Assembly: GCF_006345805.1 (NCBI RefSeq)
Contig: NC_042997.1
Coordinates: forward strand, 110,236,001-110,300,000
Reading direction: 5' to 3'
Length of the DNA: 64,000 nt
Source of the DNA: Octopus sinensis
Taxonomy: Eukaryota
This document shows, in pieces, positions 1 to 13,294 of this stretch (position 1 is the first letter of the stretch; every line of letters starts with the position of its first letter). The position numbers were made by a program, and so were the translations under genes. The notes beneath the pieces are model-generated. The model was not told the origin of the DNA and made no database searches. It saw nothing but the letters and a program-made list of their open reading frames with translations.

Positions 1-2354
1 CAATGTATGCCAGACTTGTTTGGAGACGTCTTGGCAGCGGTATACTGCAACTGGCAGCAAAACGGGAGCATACCCGGTTTTGTAAGTCGAGGCTGTAACT
101 CTGCTGAAGAAAGATCCAAACAAGGGAAACATTATAGATAACTTTAGACCAATCACGCTGCTCAATGCAGACCTGAAAATTTTGACAAAGGTGTTAGCCA
201 GAGGTTGGGCGCTTGTCATCGAGAAACTGGTCGACAACGCACAAGCGTGCGCCGTGCCGGGCCGGAGCATCCATGACAACCTCCATCTGATGCGCTACAT
301 CATAGACAGGGTAGTTAACGAACCTGGCATGGGTGGGGCCCTGATCAACTTGGATCAATCGAAAGTCTTTGATAGGGTAGACCATCGATACTTGGAGGCA
401 GTCCTGAGAGCGGCTGGTTTCGGTCCCGTCTTCCGCGGCTGGATAGCTGCCTTGTACAGAGGCATCCGTTCGGTAATTCGCGTAAATGGACATCTATCGA
501 GACCTTTCGACATTGCACGTTCGGTCCGTCAGGGATGCCCCCTCTCGGCGCTTCTATACGTATTGACTCTTGAGCCACTACTGCGGAAGCTGGCGACTCT
601 AAGGGGCATCCCGCGAGAATTGGGATGCGGGACGAGCGTGTCTGCATACGCGGACGACGTCACCGTCATAGTGTCAAGCCACGAGCACATCGAGCGGGTC
701 GGCGAGACACTGAAAGACTACGAAGCGGTGACAGGAGCAAAAATCAACCGGAAAAGTCAGTGGGCTTGCGGCTCGGCACCTGGAGAAGCAAGCCATGCCG
801 TCCACCAGTACCCCGTCGTTGAGTTGCTCGGGGTCTGGTTCGTTCCGGACCTCCAAATGGAGAAGAACTGGAACGAGATAACGAGTAGGGTGGTCACTCT
901 CGCCCAGCAATGGGCCGAGAGGAAACTGTCCCTAAAAGGTCGAGCGGAGGTGAACGCGTACATCGCGTCCATCATCTACTACCGCCTGACCGTCGTACCT
1001 TGTCCCGACCCTACCATCACCAAACTAGAACGCATTCTCTTCCGCTTCTTGTGGAAAGGATGCGTCCCGATGGTCAGGCGATCCATTTGCTGTCAACACC
1101 CGTTAAAAGGAGGGCTGGGCATGCCGTGGTTGATGATGCGCAGACACGCGCTGAGACTGCGACATCTCCGGCTCTATGTAGACGACGGTGAACAGGTGGT
1201 GTCGCCGTTTGTGAGGCACGCATTCCCGCAACTCGTCTCCATGACCGAACTACAGTCGTGGATCAAAAGAGGCCGAGGAAGGGCGAATGGCACCGCGAGT
1301 GTCGCGTTGCTCTCAAGCAACTCTGCCGTCCCGGGTCGACCTTGAGTGACTTCAACACAACAAAAGCATTCTATAGGGGATTAGTGGAGGGGAGGTACGA
1401 CGACGAGCTCGGGGCAAACCTGGGCGTCGACGATGAATACCTGACCCGCCTGTTTCAAACGACTTTCGGCCCGGGACCTATGGACAACTTCCAGAGATCC
1501 CTGGCCTGGCGGTGCTACCGAGAAGCGCTACCCGTTCGGGATAAGCTCTATAGGCATGGCTCGAGAAACACGGGGCCGACCTGCCCGAGATACGGGCAGA
1601 GCGACGAAACCGCTCTGCACGCAATCGTGCAGTGTCCAGCAATTTCCGACCTGTGGGCTTATGTCGAACGACTGCTGTCACGTGTGGGACGAGTCGGTTT
1701 ATCAGCCGAGTCTATCGTTAATATCGTCACGCCTCCTTCCTTCAAACGGAAGGAAGAGCTATTTTTATCATACTTGTGGCTATGGCGAAAGAATGTATCT
1801 GGTGGACGCGCCTGAAAGGATTAGAGACAAACACTTTCCTCTCTGGTCAATCTCTCATCAACTTCTTCAAGTATCACTTGAAGAAAAAAGTGAGAGTAGA
1901 GAGGCAAGTTTTGTCTAGTGAATGTTTTAAAAAAGATGGGTGAATGTAGCAAGGTGGCACGTATGAATGACGAAGCCACCTTGACTATGATTCTATGAAC
2001 CGTAAAAATTAATACAGAGAGTTGCTTATTTGCAAAAAAAAAAAAGAAATATAACATGTGACTTCATTGACCGAGGTTACCGTGGTCTTTTCCGTAGGCT
2101 TTTCTTTCCACGGGTAAACCTCACCTGTCTCCCCTTACACTTCATATTGACATTTCTGTGATAACGATCCTATTATTCATTTTTTTTGCCCCCCCCCTTT
2201 TTTTAACCCCTCCCTTTTTTTGTCCTCTTTCTTTCCTTTTACGATCCCTTTTGATCGAAAACCACCACTCCCTTTTTTTTTACCCCCAAAAGAAAAGCTC
2301 TATCTTGTAATTTGTTCTATCTGTGTGCAGCCCTGTGTGGCTAATAAAGAAACA

Positions 2355-2355
<1 letters not shown>
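1..2355 (+). mobile_element. Tx1/L1-clade non-LTR retrotransposon, 3' part (RT plus C-terminal zinc-finger region plus 3' UTR), frameshifted
   Basis: NFRPITLLNADLKILTK near 150-190, LDQSKVFDRVDH, VRQGCPLS and YADD in ORF 182-1345, CPRYGQSDETALHAIVQC in ORF 1258-1815; ends AATAAAGAAAC followed by (TATC)n. Confidence 0.92.
182..1345 (+). pseudogene. Reverse transcriptase domain of the Tx1/L1-clade LINE; the frame continues upstream and downstream via frameshifts
   Basis: Canonical non-LTR RT motifs DQSKVFD, QGCPLS, YADD, LGV; GGLG motif downstream. Confidence 0.9.
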
Positions 2356-2390
<35 letters not shown>

Positions 2391-2392
<2 letters not shown>

Positions 2393-2880
2393 GGAGACAA
2401 ACACTTTCCTCTCTGGTCAATCTCTCATCAACTTCTTCAAGTATCACTTGAAAAGGAAAGTGAGAGTAGAGAGGCAAGTTTTGTCTAGCGAATGTTTAAA
2501 AAAATGGGTGAATGTAGCAAAGATGGCACGTATGAATGACGAAGCCACCTTGAGCATAATCCTATGCACCCGGAGAAATTTAAAACAGAGGGTTACCTAC
2601 TTGCAAACGAGGTTACCGTGGTCTTTTCCGTAGGCTTGTCTTTCCACGGATAAACCTTATCTGCTTTTCCCTTTACACTTTACATCATGATATTTATATG
2701 ATACACGTTCCCAATTGATCATTTTTTTCTTTTTCTTCTCTCCTTTTTTTTCTTTCCCTTTTACGACCCCTTTTGATCGAAAACCTACCCCATTTTCTTT
2801 TTTTTCTCCCCAAAAAGAAAAGCTCTATTTTGTAATCTTTCCCGTCTGCGTGCAGCCCTGTGTGGCTAATAAAGAAACAT
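2391..2880 (+). mobile_element. Second, 5'-truncated copy of the same Tx1-like LINE, located in the (TATC)n tail of the first
   Basis: 2391-2880 aligns with 1821-2355 (GAGACAAACACTTTCCTCTCTGGTCAATC ... CCCTGTGTGGCTAATAAAGAAACAT), with substitutions and indels. Confidence 0.93.
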
Positions 2881-2896
2881 ATCTGTCTTTCTATCA

Positions 2897-2984
<88 letters not shown>

Positions 2985-3026
2985 GTCTGTCTGTCTATCT
3001 GTCTGTCTATCTGTCTATCTATCTAC

Positions 3027-3080
<54 letters not shown>

Positions 3081-3097
3081 GTCTATCTATCTATCTA
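2881..3097. repeat. (TATC)n microsatellite, tail or target of the Tx1-like element
   Basis: Direct reading of the sequence. Confidence 0.97.
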
Positions 3098-3393
3098 CAT
3101 GTGCACACACACACAACACACACACACACACATAACCCGTGTCAGTATGGAAAAAGGAAATTAAATTATGTTGAAAATCATGATGATGATGATGATATAC
3201 TTGGAGTAGCGATGTATTTTGATGTACGCTTAGTGTTGGATGTCAGCTACCTCGAGTGATAATTGCAGATCAAACTGAAGTTGGCTGCCCACTCTCTTCA
3301 AAAGCCTTGACAGCGAATGCAGCGAATTCTAAAGTCTTGACACGTTATGTTCTCTTTGCAGACACTTGTAACTCAACGTTTCAACGTAACGAG

Positions 3394-3510
3394 ACGGCGA
3401 GCTGGCAGAGTCGTTAGCACGCCGGCCAAAATACTCTGCGGCATTTCGTCCGTCATTGCGTTCAAATTCCGCCGAGGTCGATTTTGTCTTTCATTCTTTC
3501 GGATGTGGAT
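3394..3510 (+). mobile_element. Truncated tRNA-derived SINE (family with GGCGAGCTGGCAGA head)
   Basis: Matches the full-length copy at 17129-17358. Confidence 0.8.
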
Positions 3511-3599
3511 TGGGGCCGATCTATTCGACTTACTCTCTTCCGCAAAATTGCTTCACTTGAGCTAAAATTTGAAATCAATATTAAAAGCAGTTCTTCGAT

Positions 3600-5300
3600 G
3601 ATTAAGCCTGTATTGAAATGTTCATATCTCATGTCTCATAATGGCTAATCCAAAGATGTCTATATTTCCGTACTTTTCGCGGTGTTTTGGTAAACAATTT
3701 CTTCATTTATGAAAAATTCAGAATAATGATCGTTTAATGACTAAATTTTGTTTATAAATGTTTTATTCAGATTTCCTGATTTTTCTTTGCAGTAATTTCC
3801 ACCTGTTAATTGTTTTTCTATTTTGTCTTTGTAGAAATGTGCCTTTTCAGTCTCCCAAAATAAGTGAATTGCCATTTTTCAATGTCGAAGAAGAGAATAA
3901 ATAACAACCATAAATGCTTCCATTTATGGGTATTAATAGTCGACATATGTATCTAAATATTCATGTCTTCTGCTTTGCGAGGAGAAATTAGTTTTCATCG
4001 TGACAATGGAATCGTCACCTTCATTCTTGTGATTAAAACAAATTTCCTCAGGCGAAGGCACTGGTTATGATTTCGAACGTTTGCTTTTAGTTCCGTTATA
4101 ATTGAAATTGGTGTATGGGTGAATTTAAAATCCTTTCAATAACAGATCGATATAATATTTGTTTAAATTCCTTTTTTGATAAAATTATGATTTTTCGGTC
4201 AATATTTCTTTAGTTCGTTTGGTTTATCGGGTCTGATGTTTATTTGTAGTTAGTTCTTCCTAACAATCAGTTACCATTATCATATCGTCTTCTGTGGCCA
4301 GGGTTCCTCTTTGTAAGTTCCCATTTTCTCTATTTGTGCCGTGCTTTCTATTTTCCCCAACATTTCCTCTCCTGCTTCAATCTGCGTTAATCCATCCGTG
4401 ATTTCCAGTATTGTTGTCTGTAAGATTCTTTTCCATATCTTTGTACAATCTTTTATTCGAATCCTCTGCTTTCAGTTCGTACGGTGAATGTTCTCAGCTT
4501 GAGTTTTCAGTGTTTTTGTATAGGTTTTAAGTGTGAGATAAATTGGTTCCTTTATCTGGTCCTTTTATAATAGGGTTTTAGGCTTTTCTATGATTTATTC
4601 TCATTTTCCATATTCCCCGATTTTATCATGGAATCATCTCCATAGTTACTATTCTACTCGTCAAACTAACGAATTATCTTCGTGTTTTTGTATCTTGTTT
4701 CCACAATTGTTGGAATTTTTCTTGAATTTGATCATCCTCTCCATTGGAGATATGGCAAGTATGGTGGTGTCTATTGTTTTAAATTTTTTACAATATTGAA
4801 CTAGTGCAAGTAAAAGAGGAATTTCTCCATCTCGACGGCACTATGCTAAATTTACACGTATTCATATTTTCCTGTTACTGTTCACTATCTTTTACTTCCT
4901 AACGAGAAATTTTCCTGCTAGAATTGTTTTCCTTTGCATCGCTAATTCTGATAGATATTCGTTATGTTATTGCATCGAGTGTTCTTCCAATATGTTTGTT
5001 TACATTCTTTTAGGGATTACCCTGCACACCAGATTTTGGTAAGGTTTCTTTTATTTCTTATACTTTTAATTCGGTTTTTACTTTGTCCATTTCTGTTAGC
5101 AACGAGAATAGTTCTATGTTTTGGGATTGATCAAGGATATTTTTTGTTCTGGTTATTTTCTGCATAAAGACTTTGAAGAGTTCTTCTTGTGTTTTGATTG
5201 TATTCCCGTTTTCATATAAGCTACTGGACAATGTTTTCAGTTTTGTAACAAGCATTGCTATCAGATATTTACGTAAGTTTCTTTAAGCTCACGATGTTCC
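3600..5300 (-). mobile_element. Possible heavily decayed retroelement; family not assigned
   Basis: 1.7 kb without microsatellites, A-rich on the minus strand, broken coding-like frames (5058-5255; an R/G/N-rich stretch near 4300-4400); no diagnostic motif found. Confidence 0.25.
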
Positions 5301-5624
5301 CTGAATGCGATTGTGAATACACTCTACTCAGTCTGATGTAAATATAGATAATAAGATATAAAACCTTGTTGGACGTGTACACAATAATATATCAGAATTA
5401 CAATAATAAAGCTTTGTCAGGAGTAATACAAGTATCGTACCTTCGATTGTTTATATAAAGATGGAAAAGGATCTTGGAATTTTCTGAGGGAAAGCACAGA
5501 TGGACTTTCAAATGCTAAGGCATAATGATATAACGATGCAGACTTTCATTTAATTTTCTTGGGGAACTTCGTTCTTTTATACCTGGTAAAAAAAAGAGTT
5601 TCTCTGCACTGTTTGCTGGGCTGG

Positions 5625-6600
5625 GTTTTTTTTTTCTGTAACCCACATTTTAAAGTTTTTGGGGTTGTGAAGTGATCAGTGACGGTATGAAGGAGGAAGG
5701 ACAAACTTCTCTGGTCAGTACTCCAGAATTCCTTCAAGGACAGTAGACGCCGAAGTATCTGGTCCTACTGCATCCATTGACCCTAGTGGGCAGGCCCAAC
5801 TGCTTTCATACGGCGGTCATTCTCAGTTGAATCACTGACCCTTTGCACTATGAGCTCTCTGTTGTTCCTGGTGTTGGTGTTTTTCCACCCCTTGGTTCTG
5901 TAATTGCCAAGTCCTAACCATCAAAGACAGATTACTCGAATAATCTCCTGGTGTTTCCAGTATATGTCCGTGTTTTTCACAGCTTCCTGGGGTTTCCATC
6001 TTCTGCAATTCATGGTCTTTTTAGTGTGTCTCACTTTCTTATCCTCGGGCAGAAGCAATGTGGTAATTGCTTTTGTGGCTTTGAGTTTTTTGTCCTTTAG
6101 TGGCTTTCAGTTTCTTCCCCACTCAAGAAATTGGTAGGCAGAGGTTAGATTCCTTGTTTTATAGATAGACTGAACTGAAATTTGGTGGAACGCTCAGCCA
6201 CCTTAGCACGAACTTACTGCACAGCCTTTCCATTGCCTCTACTCGAGACACAGAAAATTCGTAAAGCAAAAATGGTCGTTAGAATCTGGGTATGATACCC
6301 TATGGGAAGCACCGTATTTTGAACCTCCTAAGTAGCTGGCTTTTATCAACTACCTTTCTAGGACAGCGGTGTCCTTTTTCTTGGATTTTCGGAATCCCAG
6401 AGCCCTGAACGCTGAATGTGTTATTTGTCAGTGTTCGCTTAAGGCTCTGAGATTTCGGAGAGTTGAACTTCAAGCGTAACAACAGCCAGTGTGTGGTTCC
6501 TCCTAGCTTCCATAAAGACATGGTTGACCGCTGTGGTGTGTTCAAGGGGTCCAGAGTAACCTGAGACTCTTTTTTTGGGGGAAAAGTGTCTCGATGTCCT
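5625..6600 (-). mobile_element. Decayed Hero-clade (restriction-like-endonuclease) non-LTR retrotransposon, end of RT plus downstream region
   Basis: Broken frames RLKFNSPKSQSL..FSVQGSGIPKIQE, LRWLSVPPNFSSVYL, WKPQEAV..HQEII..LGLG and EFWSTDQRSLSFLLHTVTDHFTTPKTLKCG follow the Hero pattern (MKFKPKKSRSL, WLGVPRSFS, LKFLLRSVYDVLPSP) as recalled. Confidence 0.75.
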
Positions 6601-6760
6601 CAATGGTCAAGAGGTAAAACGTAACCTTTTTGAAATGATGACTCAAAGTATATTTCCCTCTTCATACAAAAGAAAGAAGTCCCGCTGTTGAGCTTTTTTG
6701 AGAATTTCTTACCATTCTGTGTATGCATGCGTATACACACACATACACACAGACGCATGC

Positions 6761-6824
<64 letters not shown>

Positions 6825-7055
6825 ACACACACACACACACAATAACGGATTTTATTTGTTGGCTTTAATGGACAATAGATTGTACGCACCGTAGTTGATG
6901 GCCACATAACATAAATGTATCTAATATATATTTTGCAAATATCCATTCATTATTGACTACGCGAATTCACAAATGCATGTCAAAAGGCCAGAACATGGCT
7001 ACCCGTGTATTCCTGCTTACGCGTGGGAATACGCATGCTAACAAATACATACATG

Positions 7056-7138
<83 letters not shown>

Positions 7139-7240
7139 GTATGTATGTATGTATGTATAAGTGTGTGTATGCGTGCGTGTGTGTGTGTGTGAACGTGTGC
7201 GTGTGACTGAGTGTCTGAGCGTAAATTCATGTTTGAGTAT

Positions 7241-7578
7241 GGCGCATGGGTCAGTGGTTAGAACGACGGACTCACAATCATGGAGTAGTGAGTTCGATCC
7301 CCTGACCGGGCCGTGTGTTGTGTCCTTGAGCAAGACACTTTACTCCACATTGCTCCAGTTCACTCAGCCGTAGAAATGTGTTGCGACATCACTAGTGCCA
7401 AGCCGTATCGGCCCCTTTGCCTTTCCCTTGGATAACATCGGTGGCATGGAGTGAGGAGGCTGGTGTGCATGGGCGACTGCTGGTCTTTCATAAACAACTT
7501 TGCCTTGACTTGTGCCGCAGAGAAGGACTTCCTAGGTGCAATCCCATGCTCATTCATGACCGACGTGGATATCTACCC
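7241..7578 (+). mobile_element. tRNA-derived CORE-type SINE
   Basis: A-box GGGTCAGTGG, B-box GTTCGATCC, core GTGTCCTTGAGCAAGACACTT..TTGCTCCAGTTCACTCAGC; same family at 38650-38983. Confidence 0.85.
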
Positions 7579-7629
7579 ATTTTTAAGCATGTATTATAGA
7601 TACTGAAAAATAATACAAAATGCATAATG

Positions 7630-7673
<44 letters not shown>

Positions 7674-7679
7674 TATATA

Positions 7680-7757
<78 letters not shown>

Positions 7758-7791
7758 TATAATATATATATATAATAATATATATTATATA

Positions 7792-7889
<98 letters not shown>

Positions 7890-7897
7890 ATATATAT

Positions 7898-7959
<62 letters not shown>

Positions 7960-7960
7960 T

Positions 7961-8255
7961 GGAGGCGCAATGGCCTAGTGGTTAGGGCAGTGAACTCGTG
8001 GTTGTAGGATTACGGTTTCGATTTCCAGAGCGGGCATTATGAGTGTTTATTGAGCGAAAACACCTAAAGTTCCACGAGGCTCCGGCAGGGGGTGGTGACG
8101 ATCCCTGCTGTACTTTTTGTCACAACTTTCTCTCACTCTTTCTTCTGTTGGCTTGCTCGCTTAGGCAGCGGGATGGCGTCATTTGAAGGCTAAAACAATG
8201 CGAAGCGCATTGTGACCAGCGATGTGCAGCAACATCTGATAGCCTGGTCGGTCAC
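7961..8255 (+). mobile_element. tRNA-derived SINE
   Basis: TGGCCTAGTGG A-box, GTTTCGATTTCC B-box-like motif, GAGCGAAAACACCTAAAG body; head shared with 62865-63295. Confidence 0.82.
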
Positions 8256-8270
8256 ATATATATATATATA

Positions 8271-8331
8271 TGATGATTTCTTTTGAATGAAACAGTTCTA
8301 GTCCTGTAGAAGCTCCTTCTATAAAATAAAT
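8271..8331 (+). ncRNA. 5'-truncated hammerhead ribozyme fragment (family of 39036-39234) between (TA)n runs
   Basis: TGATGA-TTTCTTTTGAAT-GAAA-CAGTTCTAGTCCTGTA-GAAGCT is nearly identical to 39175-39234; C3 and the 5' strand of stem I are missing. Confidence 0.75.
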
Positions 8332-9351
8332 ATATATATATATATATATATATATGGCAAATAAGAAAACGGAGAGGATATAAAGGATAAATACACTCGC
8401 ATGTATGAGTTATAAGCGAGTGGAAAAACATGGTAACTGAAAGACACATCGTTAGGTTATTATATGTTATTCTTCTAAAGCATCTCAAAACATCTGTTTG
8501 GGCAAAAAAGAAACAGCTGTGAGAGAACATGTTGAATTTTTGTAGTTAATAAATCATATTAATGCTACTTCTCCATTTTCTGGATATTAATTCGTATGTA
8601 TGTATGTATGTATGTATGTATGTATGTATGTATGTATGTATGTATGTATGTATGTATGTATGTATATATATATATAATATATATATATAATATATATAGT
8701 TGAAATTTATAGAAAAACAAAAGACGAAGACAGGTGTAAGAACAACAACCAAGTGTATACTATTTATATATATATGTATATGTATATATACGGTGTATGT
8801 ATAATATATATATATATATATATATAATATATATATATATATAGTATATGCCCGTGTGTGAGCGGGTATATTATACCACATGTACATATATAATATCTGT
8901 GAATTTGTATATATATATATATCCTATGTATATTTCCATACTATACGTGTGTGTATGTGTCACACGAGTAACGCATTTTATTCAGAATACATCTATATGT
9001 GCGTGTAAAGGTGTGGTGTGTGTATTTATGCATGGATGGTGCGTGCGTGTGTGTACTCATGTATCTGTGTAAGCATGTGTTTGTGTATGTGTATTTGTGA
9101 TAGAGTGTTTGTGCAAATGTTATATAAATAAACCAGGAAAGACAAACAGCTAAGAAACTCTTGATATTTTTTTTTTATCGATTTCTGTGTTTTCAACAAC
9201 TGGGAAAACATTCTCAGCTTTAATACTTCGAAAAGCATAATTATATTTTGACATGTTCTGAACGCTGTTACTTTAACCAGCTTTAAAAGACTTTTATTTA
9301 AGACACTTACAAAGAAGACTTCGTAAAAGTAACATCCCCACCAACAACAAC

Positions 9352-9404
<53 letters not shown>

Positions 9405-10200
9405 TAATAATAGCAATAATGGTAATCATTGCAATAAAAGCGAATAAAAACATGTTTTTTTTCTTACTTACATTATTCATTAAGCAAAGATTCTTTTAAA
9501 GGTAAAAAAGAAAGTATAATAACAGAATCAAGAATATTATTAAGAAAAACAAAAAAACAGGAAAGAAAGAAGAAGAAGAAGAAAGAAGACGATGGCAAGA
9601 ATGAAATAAGGAAAGAGTAACTTTTAACAAGACATTTATATGAAATAAACCTGGAAGAAGAAAATAAATACAATTGACGGGAATTGGTGATATTTCTGAG
9701 AAAAGCAAACCAGAAAAGATACCTACACCAGCGCCATTGACGGTTACGAAGAACAACATCGATTTACTACAGAACAACAACAACAACAACAACAACAAGA
9801 ACATTAAGGACAATAACTTCATCAACAACAACGTTTTTAGCAACAGTTACGACAATATAAACATAATATTTGAAAGCTCAAACAAAAGAAAGAAAAAAAG
9901 AAATATTAAAAGCGAAAGAAATATCATCAGGAATTATTATTTAGGTTTTGTTTGGATTTATTTTTTAGGTTTTGTTGATGTACTTTCTGAACAGTTCAAA
10001 GCTTTTTTCTCTCTTTTTTTTTGATTTTTGGTGGAGAAATAAAACATAAATACATTCACAACAACTATCCATCATCATCATAATCATCATCAGCATCATC
10101 ATCAGCAGCAGTAGCAGCAGCATAATCGCCGTCATCATTACCTGCTTTCTACTTCTCCTCCTCCTTCACCCCCAAATTACCATCATAATCTTCTTCATCA

Positions 10201-10242
<42 letters not shown>

Positions 10243-10371
10243 GCCGCTGTTGCTGCTGCTGTTTCTTCTCTTTTTTTTCTTCTTCTTCTTCTTCTCCTTT
10301 TTCTCTTTCTTCTTCTTCTTCTTCTTCTTCTCCTTTTTCTCTTTCTTCTTCTTCTTCTTCTTCTTCTTCTG

Positions 10372-10404
<33 letters not shown>

Positions 10405-11123
10405 CTTCTTCTTCTTCTTCGCCTTTTCCCCCCTCCTTATTACTGATGTTTTTTGTTGATATTTCTTATTATTAATCATAATATTACTAATATAATAAAG
10501 AAAAACAGTGACAAAAATAAAATAAAATGAAGAAAAACAATGAAACAAGTATACAAATTAATAGTAAAACTGAAAGCAACAAGATTTACGGTCCACTATA
10601 TATCTGCGCGCGCACACACACACATATATGTATACGTATATATGTATACCTATATATATGTATACCTATATATGTGTGTGTGTATGTATATACATTCATA
10701 CACCTACATAAACACATATACACATGAACATATATATGTATGTATATGCATGTGTATACGCGTGTGTACATAAATATGTGTACATGCTTATGTGTGTGGG
10801 TATTTTTGTTTATCAAGAAATGCTGTTTTTCTCCGAATCAGCTGATTTTCAATGCGTTGACAGGTGGAAATCAAATAAAAGCTGGCAGTTGATGTGCCTT
10901 TAAGTAGAATCGAAACTCATATATTTTGGCTGTGGGGGGTTATTCAAGTAGTAGAATGGATTGATATTCCAGATTAACGATTCGACGGAGATTATAAATA
11001 GCAGAGTGAGCATTTATACATTCACATATCCATCCACTTGTAAACTATATACAACGCCTGTATAAATGGATTTAGATTTGTAATGCGAGGGTGAGTGTAA
11101 TAATAATAATAATAATAATAATA

Positions 11124-11169
<46 letters not shown>

Positions 11170-12009
11170 AATAATACGGAAGTGGTATCATGTACATTGT
11201 TTTGTCTTGGTATAAAAGACGGACTACAACAAATATTCTGCTCAATACCACAGATTTGCTTGTCAGTTGTTTGACCTTAACCAGTTCACCATGTCCCTTA
11301 GTGGCTGACGATATGTGCATCTCTGATCATGAGGTGCTTTGTCCAACATCCTTAAACAACTCTTATTCAGGGACCTTTTGAGCAGGATGGGCTACTCGAC
11401 CTGAAGAAAATTCTAACTACGCCCTGCATGCAAGGTCATGCGCTGTTTATCTTGATATGAGATCACGTGCAGAAATTTTGATTTAGTTGTATTTATTTCA
11501 AGAAAAAAAAGAGGGTTTCTTTCTGTAACGTTTTACATTGTTCAATCTATGCAACAGAATCTGTGATTAGCAAAATAGGAATTTTGGAAGAAGTATCTGT
11601 AAAACTAGTTTTTTAAACATCAAATGGTTTTGGGACCCACCAGAATTAAAATAATAATCAAAGGGGTCCACAGGGAGAAAATGGTTGAGGACCGCTGATT
11701 AACCTTATATATCTTTCATATGAAAATTTCTTATTTCTAAAACGACGTGACAAACCTTCTGCCATATTTTGTGGAAATCGTCCGCTGGGGAAAAATATTT
11801 TAAATTTGATTTCTGAAATTTATTAGAGTTCTGCTTCTGAATAGTAGATGGATTGATTTCTGGAAGTGCAGCACCATTTCTTCGGTGGATTCTCAGGATT
11901 AGAAGTCTGGTAACACCTTTGGAAGAATGCTCAAACCATTACTGGGTTTCACTGAAAGAAAGACAGGCTATATTAAACACAAATAAGAATATATGAAACT
12001 ATAATGATG

Positions 12010-12180
12010 TTAAATTTTGGTACAAGGCCAGCAATTTCGGGGGTGGAAGTAAGTCGATTACATCGACCCCCATTATCCAACTGGTAATTATTTTATCGAC
12101 CTTGAAACGATGAAAGCAAAGTCGACATCGTAAGAATTTGAACTCAGAACGTACAGACATAGAAAATACCGCCAGGCATT
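12010..12180 (-). mobile_element. Degenerate SINE (GTCGACTTTGC..TTTCATC domain)
   Basis: Reverse-complement similarity to 17129-17358. Confidence 0.75.
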
Positions 12181-12812
12181 TTATCCTTATAAAATAAAAT
12201 CTAATAAAATGAAGTCTAATTTGATGCTTTTTCTATCCCAGGTGGTCATTTGACATTATTTAGGAGCAATTTATTTTTTATTCTCGCAGGATTTTCATGA
12301 AGAAAAAGACAAAAAAGAAATTAAAGAAAATATCTACGCTTTCTTATTGTGTACACAATTTAAGTTACTTTAAAAAATCGATCGTATCTCCAGGTACTAA
12401 TATTTGAACTAATTCATTTTGATGGAATTAATTTTCAGCATTTAATACTTTTTGTAAAATAATAAAGAAAAGAAAACAGAAAAAGAAAATTTCTTTTTCA
12501 AAAGAGTCTAGCATAAAAGTTATCTGAGAATATTTTCAAGAAATATTTTTTTCAAAAATAAATAAATCACATTTTGAACATCGTTAGATAAATGATTTTA
12601 GAGTGACAGCTATCTCAATCAACTCCAGGCAATGTACAGCAAAAATAAAGAAGATAATATTCTCTAACAAAGAAGATTTTTTCGTATGGAAATTCTTTTT
12701 CTTCCTTCATTTCATTTTCTTAGTTTTTATCACAAATGCTTTGCCTCACTTCATTTATTAAACTTTGTCTCTCTCTGTCTATTGTCTGTCTGTCTCTCCC
12801 TGTCACTGTCAG

Positions 12813-12843
<31 letters not shown>

Positions 12844-12928
12844 GTCTCTCTTTGTCTCTTCCTGTTTGTCTGTCTCTGTGTTTATAACTATATTTATCCT
12901 TTCCTTGTTTTATAATTCACTTTTTCAG

Positions 12929-13235
12929 TTTAACAAGTTTAACAAGCTCATTCAACAGCTTGGTAGAGTTTCAAACTTTAGGTGAGAGAACTTGATTAAA
13001 ATCATTCGAATCTTACACTATAAGCCTTCTTGTAACTAACTTAATACAGAACACAGAACTGCTTCGGACTCTTGGCTGGCTTCAAACATACAAGAAAATT
13101 TAAACGAATTATTAGCAGACTGTGAGTTTCAATTCTTACTATCAGATTTCGCGACCGACATCTGGAAATTAATAAAGATTGCAATTATTCTTTTCTTCTT
13201 TGCAGTGTTCAGAGTTTGTTCAATTTTTCTAAATT
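12929..13235 (+). CDS. Candidate short exons of an unidentified host gene (12929-12981, 13050-13121, 13206 onward)
   Basis: TTTTTCAG, AG|GTGAGA, CTAAC..TACAG, CT|GTGAGT and TTCTTCTTTGCAG splice-like signals; two frames stay open across the junctions; no recognisable protein. Confidence 0.3.
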
Positions 13236-13294
13236 GTTAGAATTTCTTTCTTTACACAAATCAATGATTTAAAATTTACAAAAATTTTAAATAA

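Noticed and set aside
7241-7310. tRNA genes at SINE heads (also 7961, 13871, 38983, 63295)
   Set aside because: A- and B-boxes are present but there is no complete cloverleaf, and each runs into a repeat body.
9674-10024. 116-aa ORF or possible exon
   Set aside because: Mostly (AAC)n and A-rich low complexity; splice-like signals occur on both strands with no way to choose.
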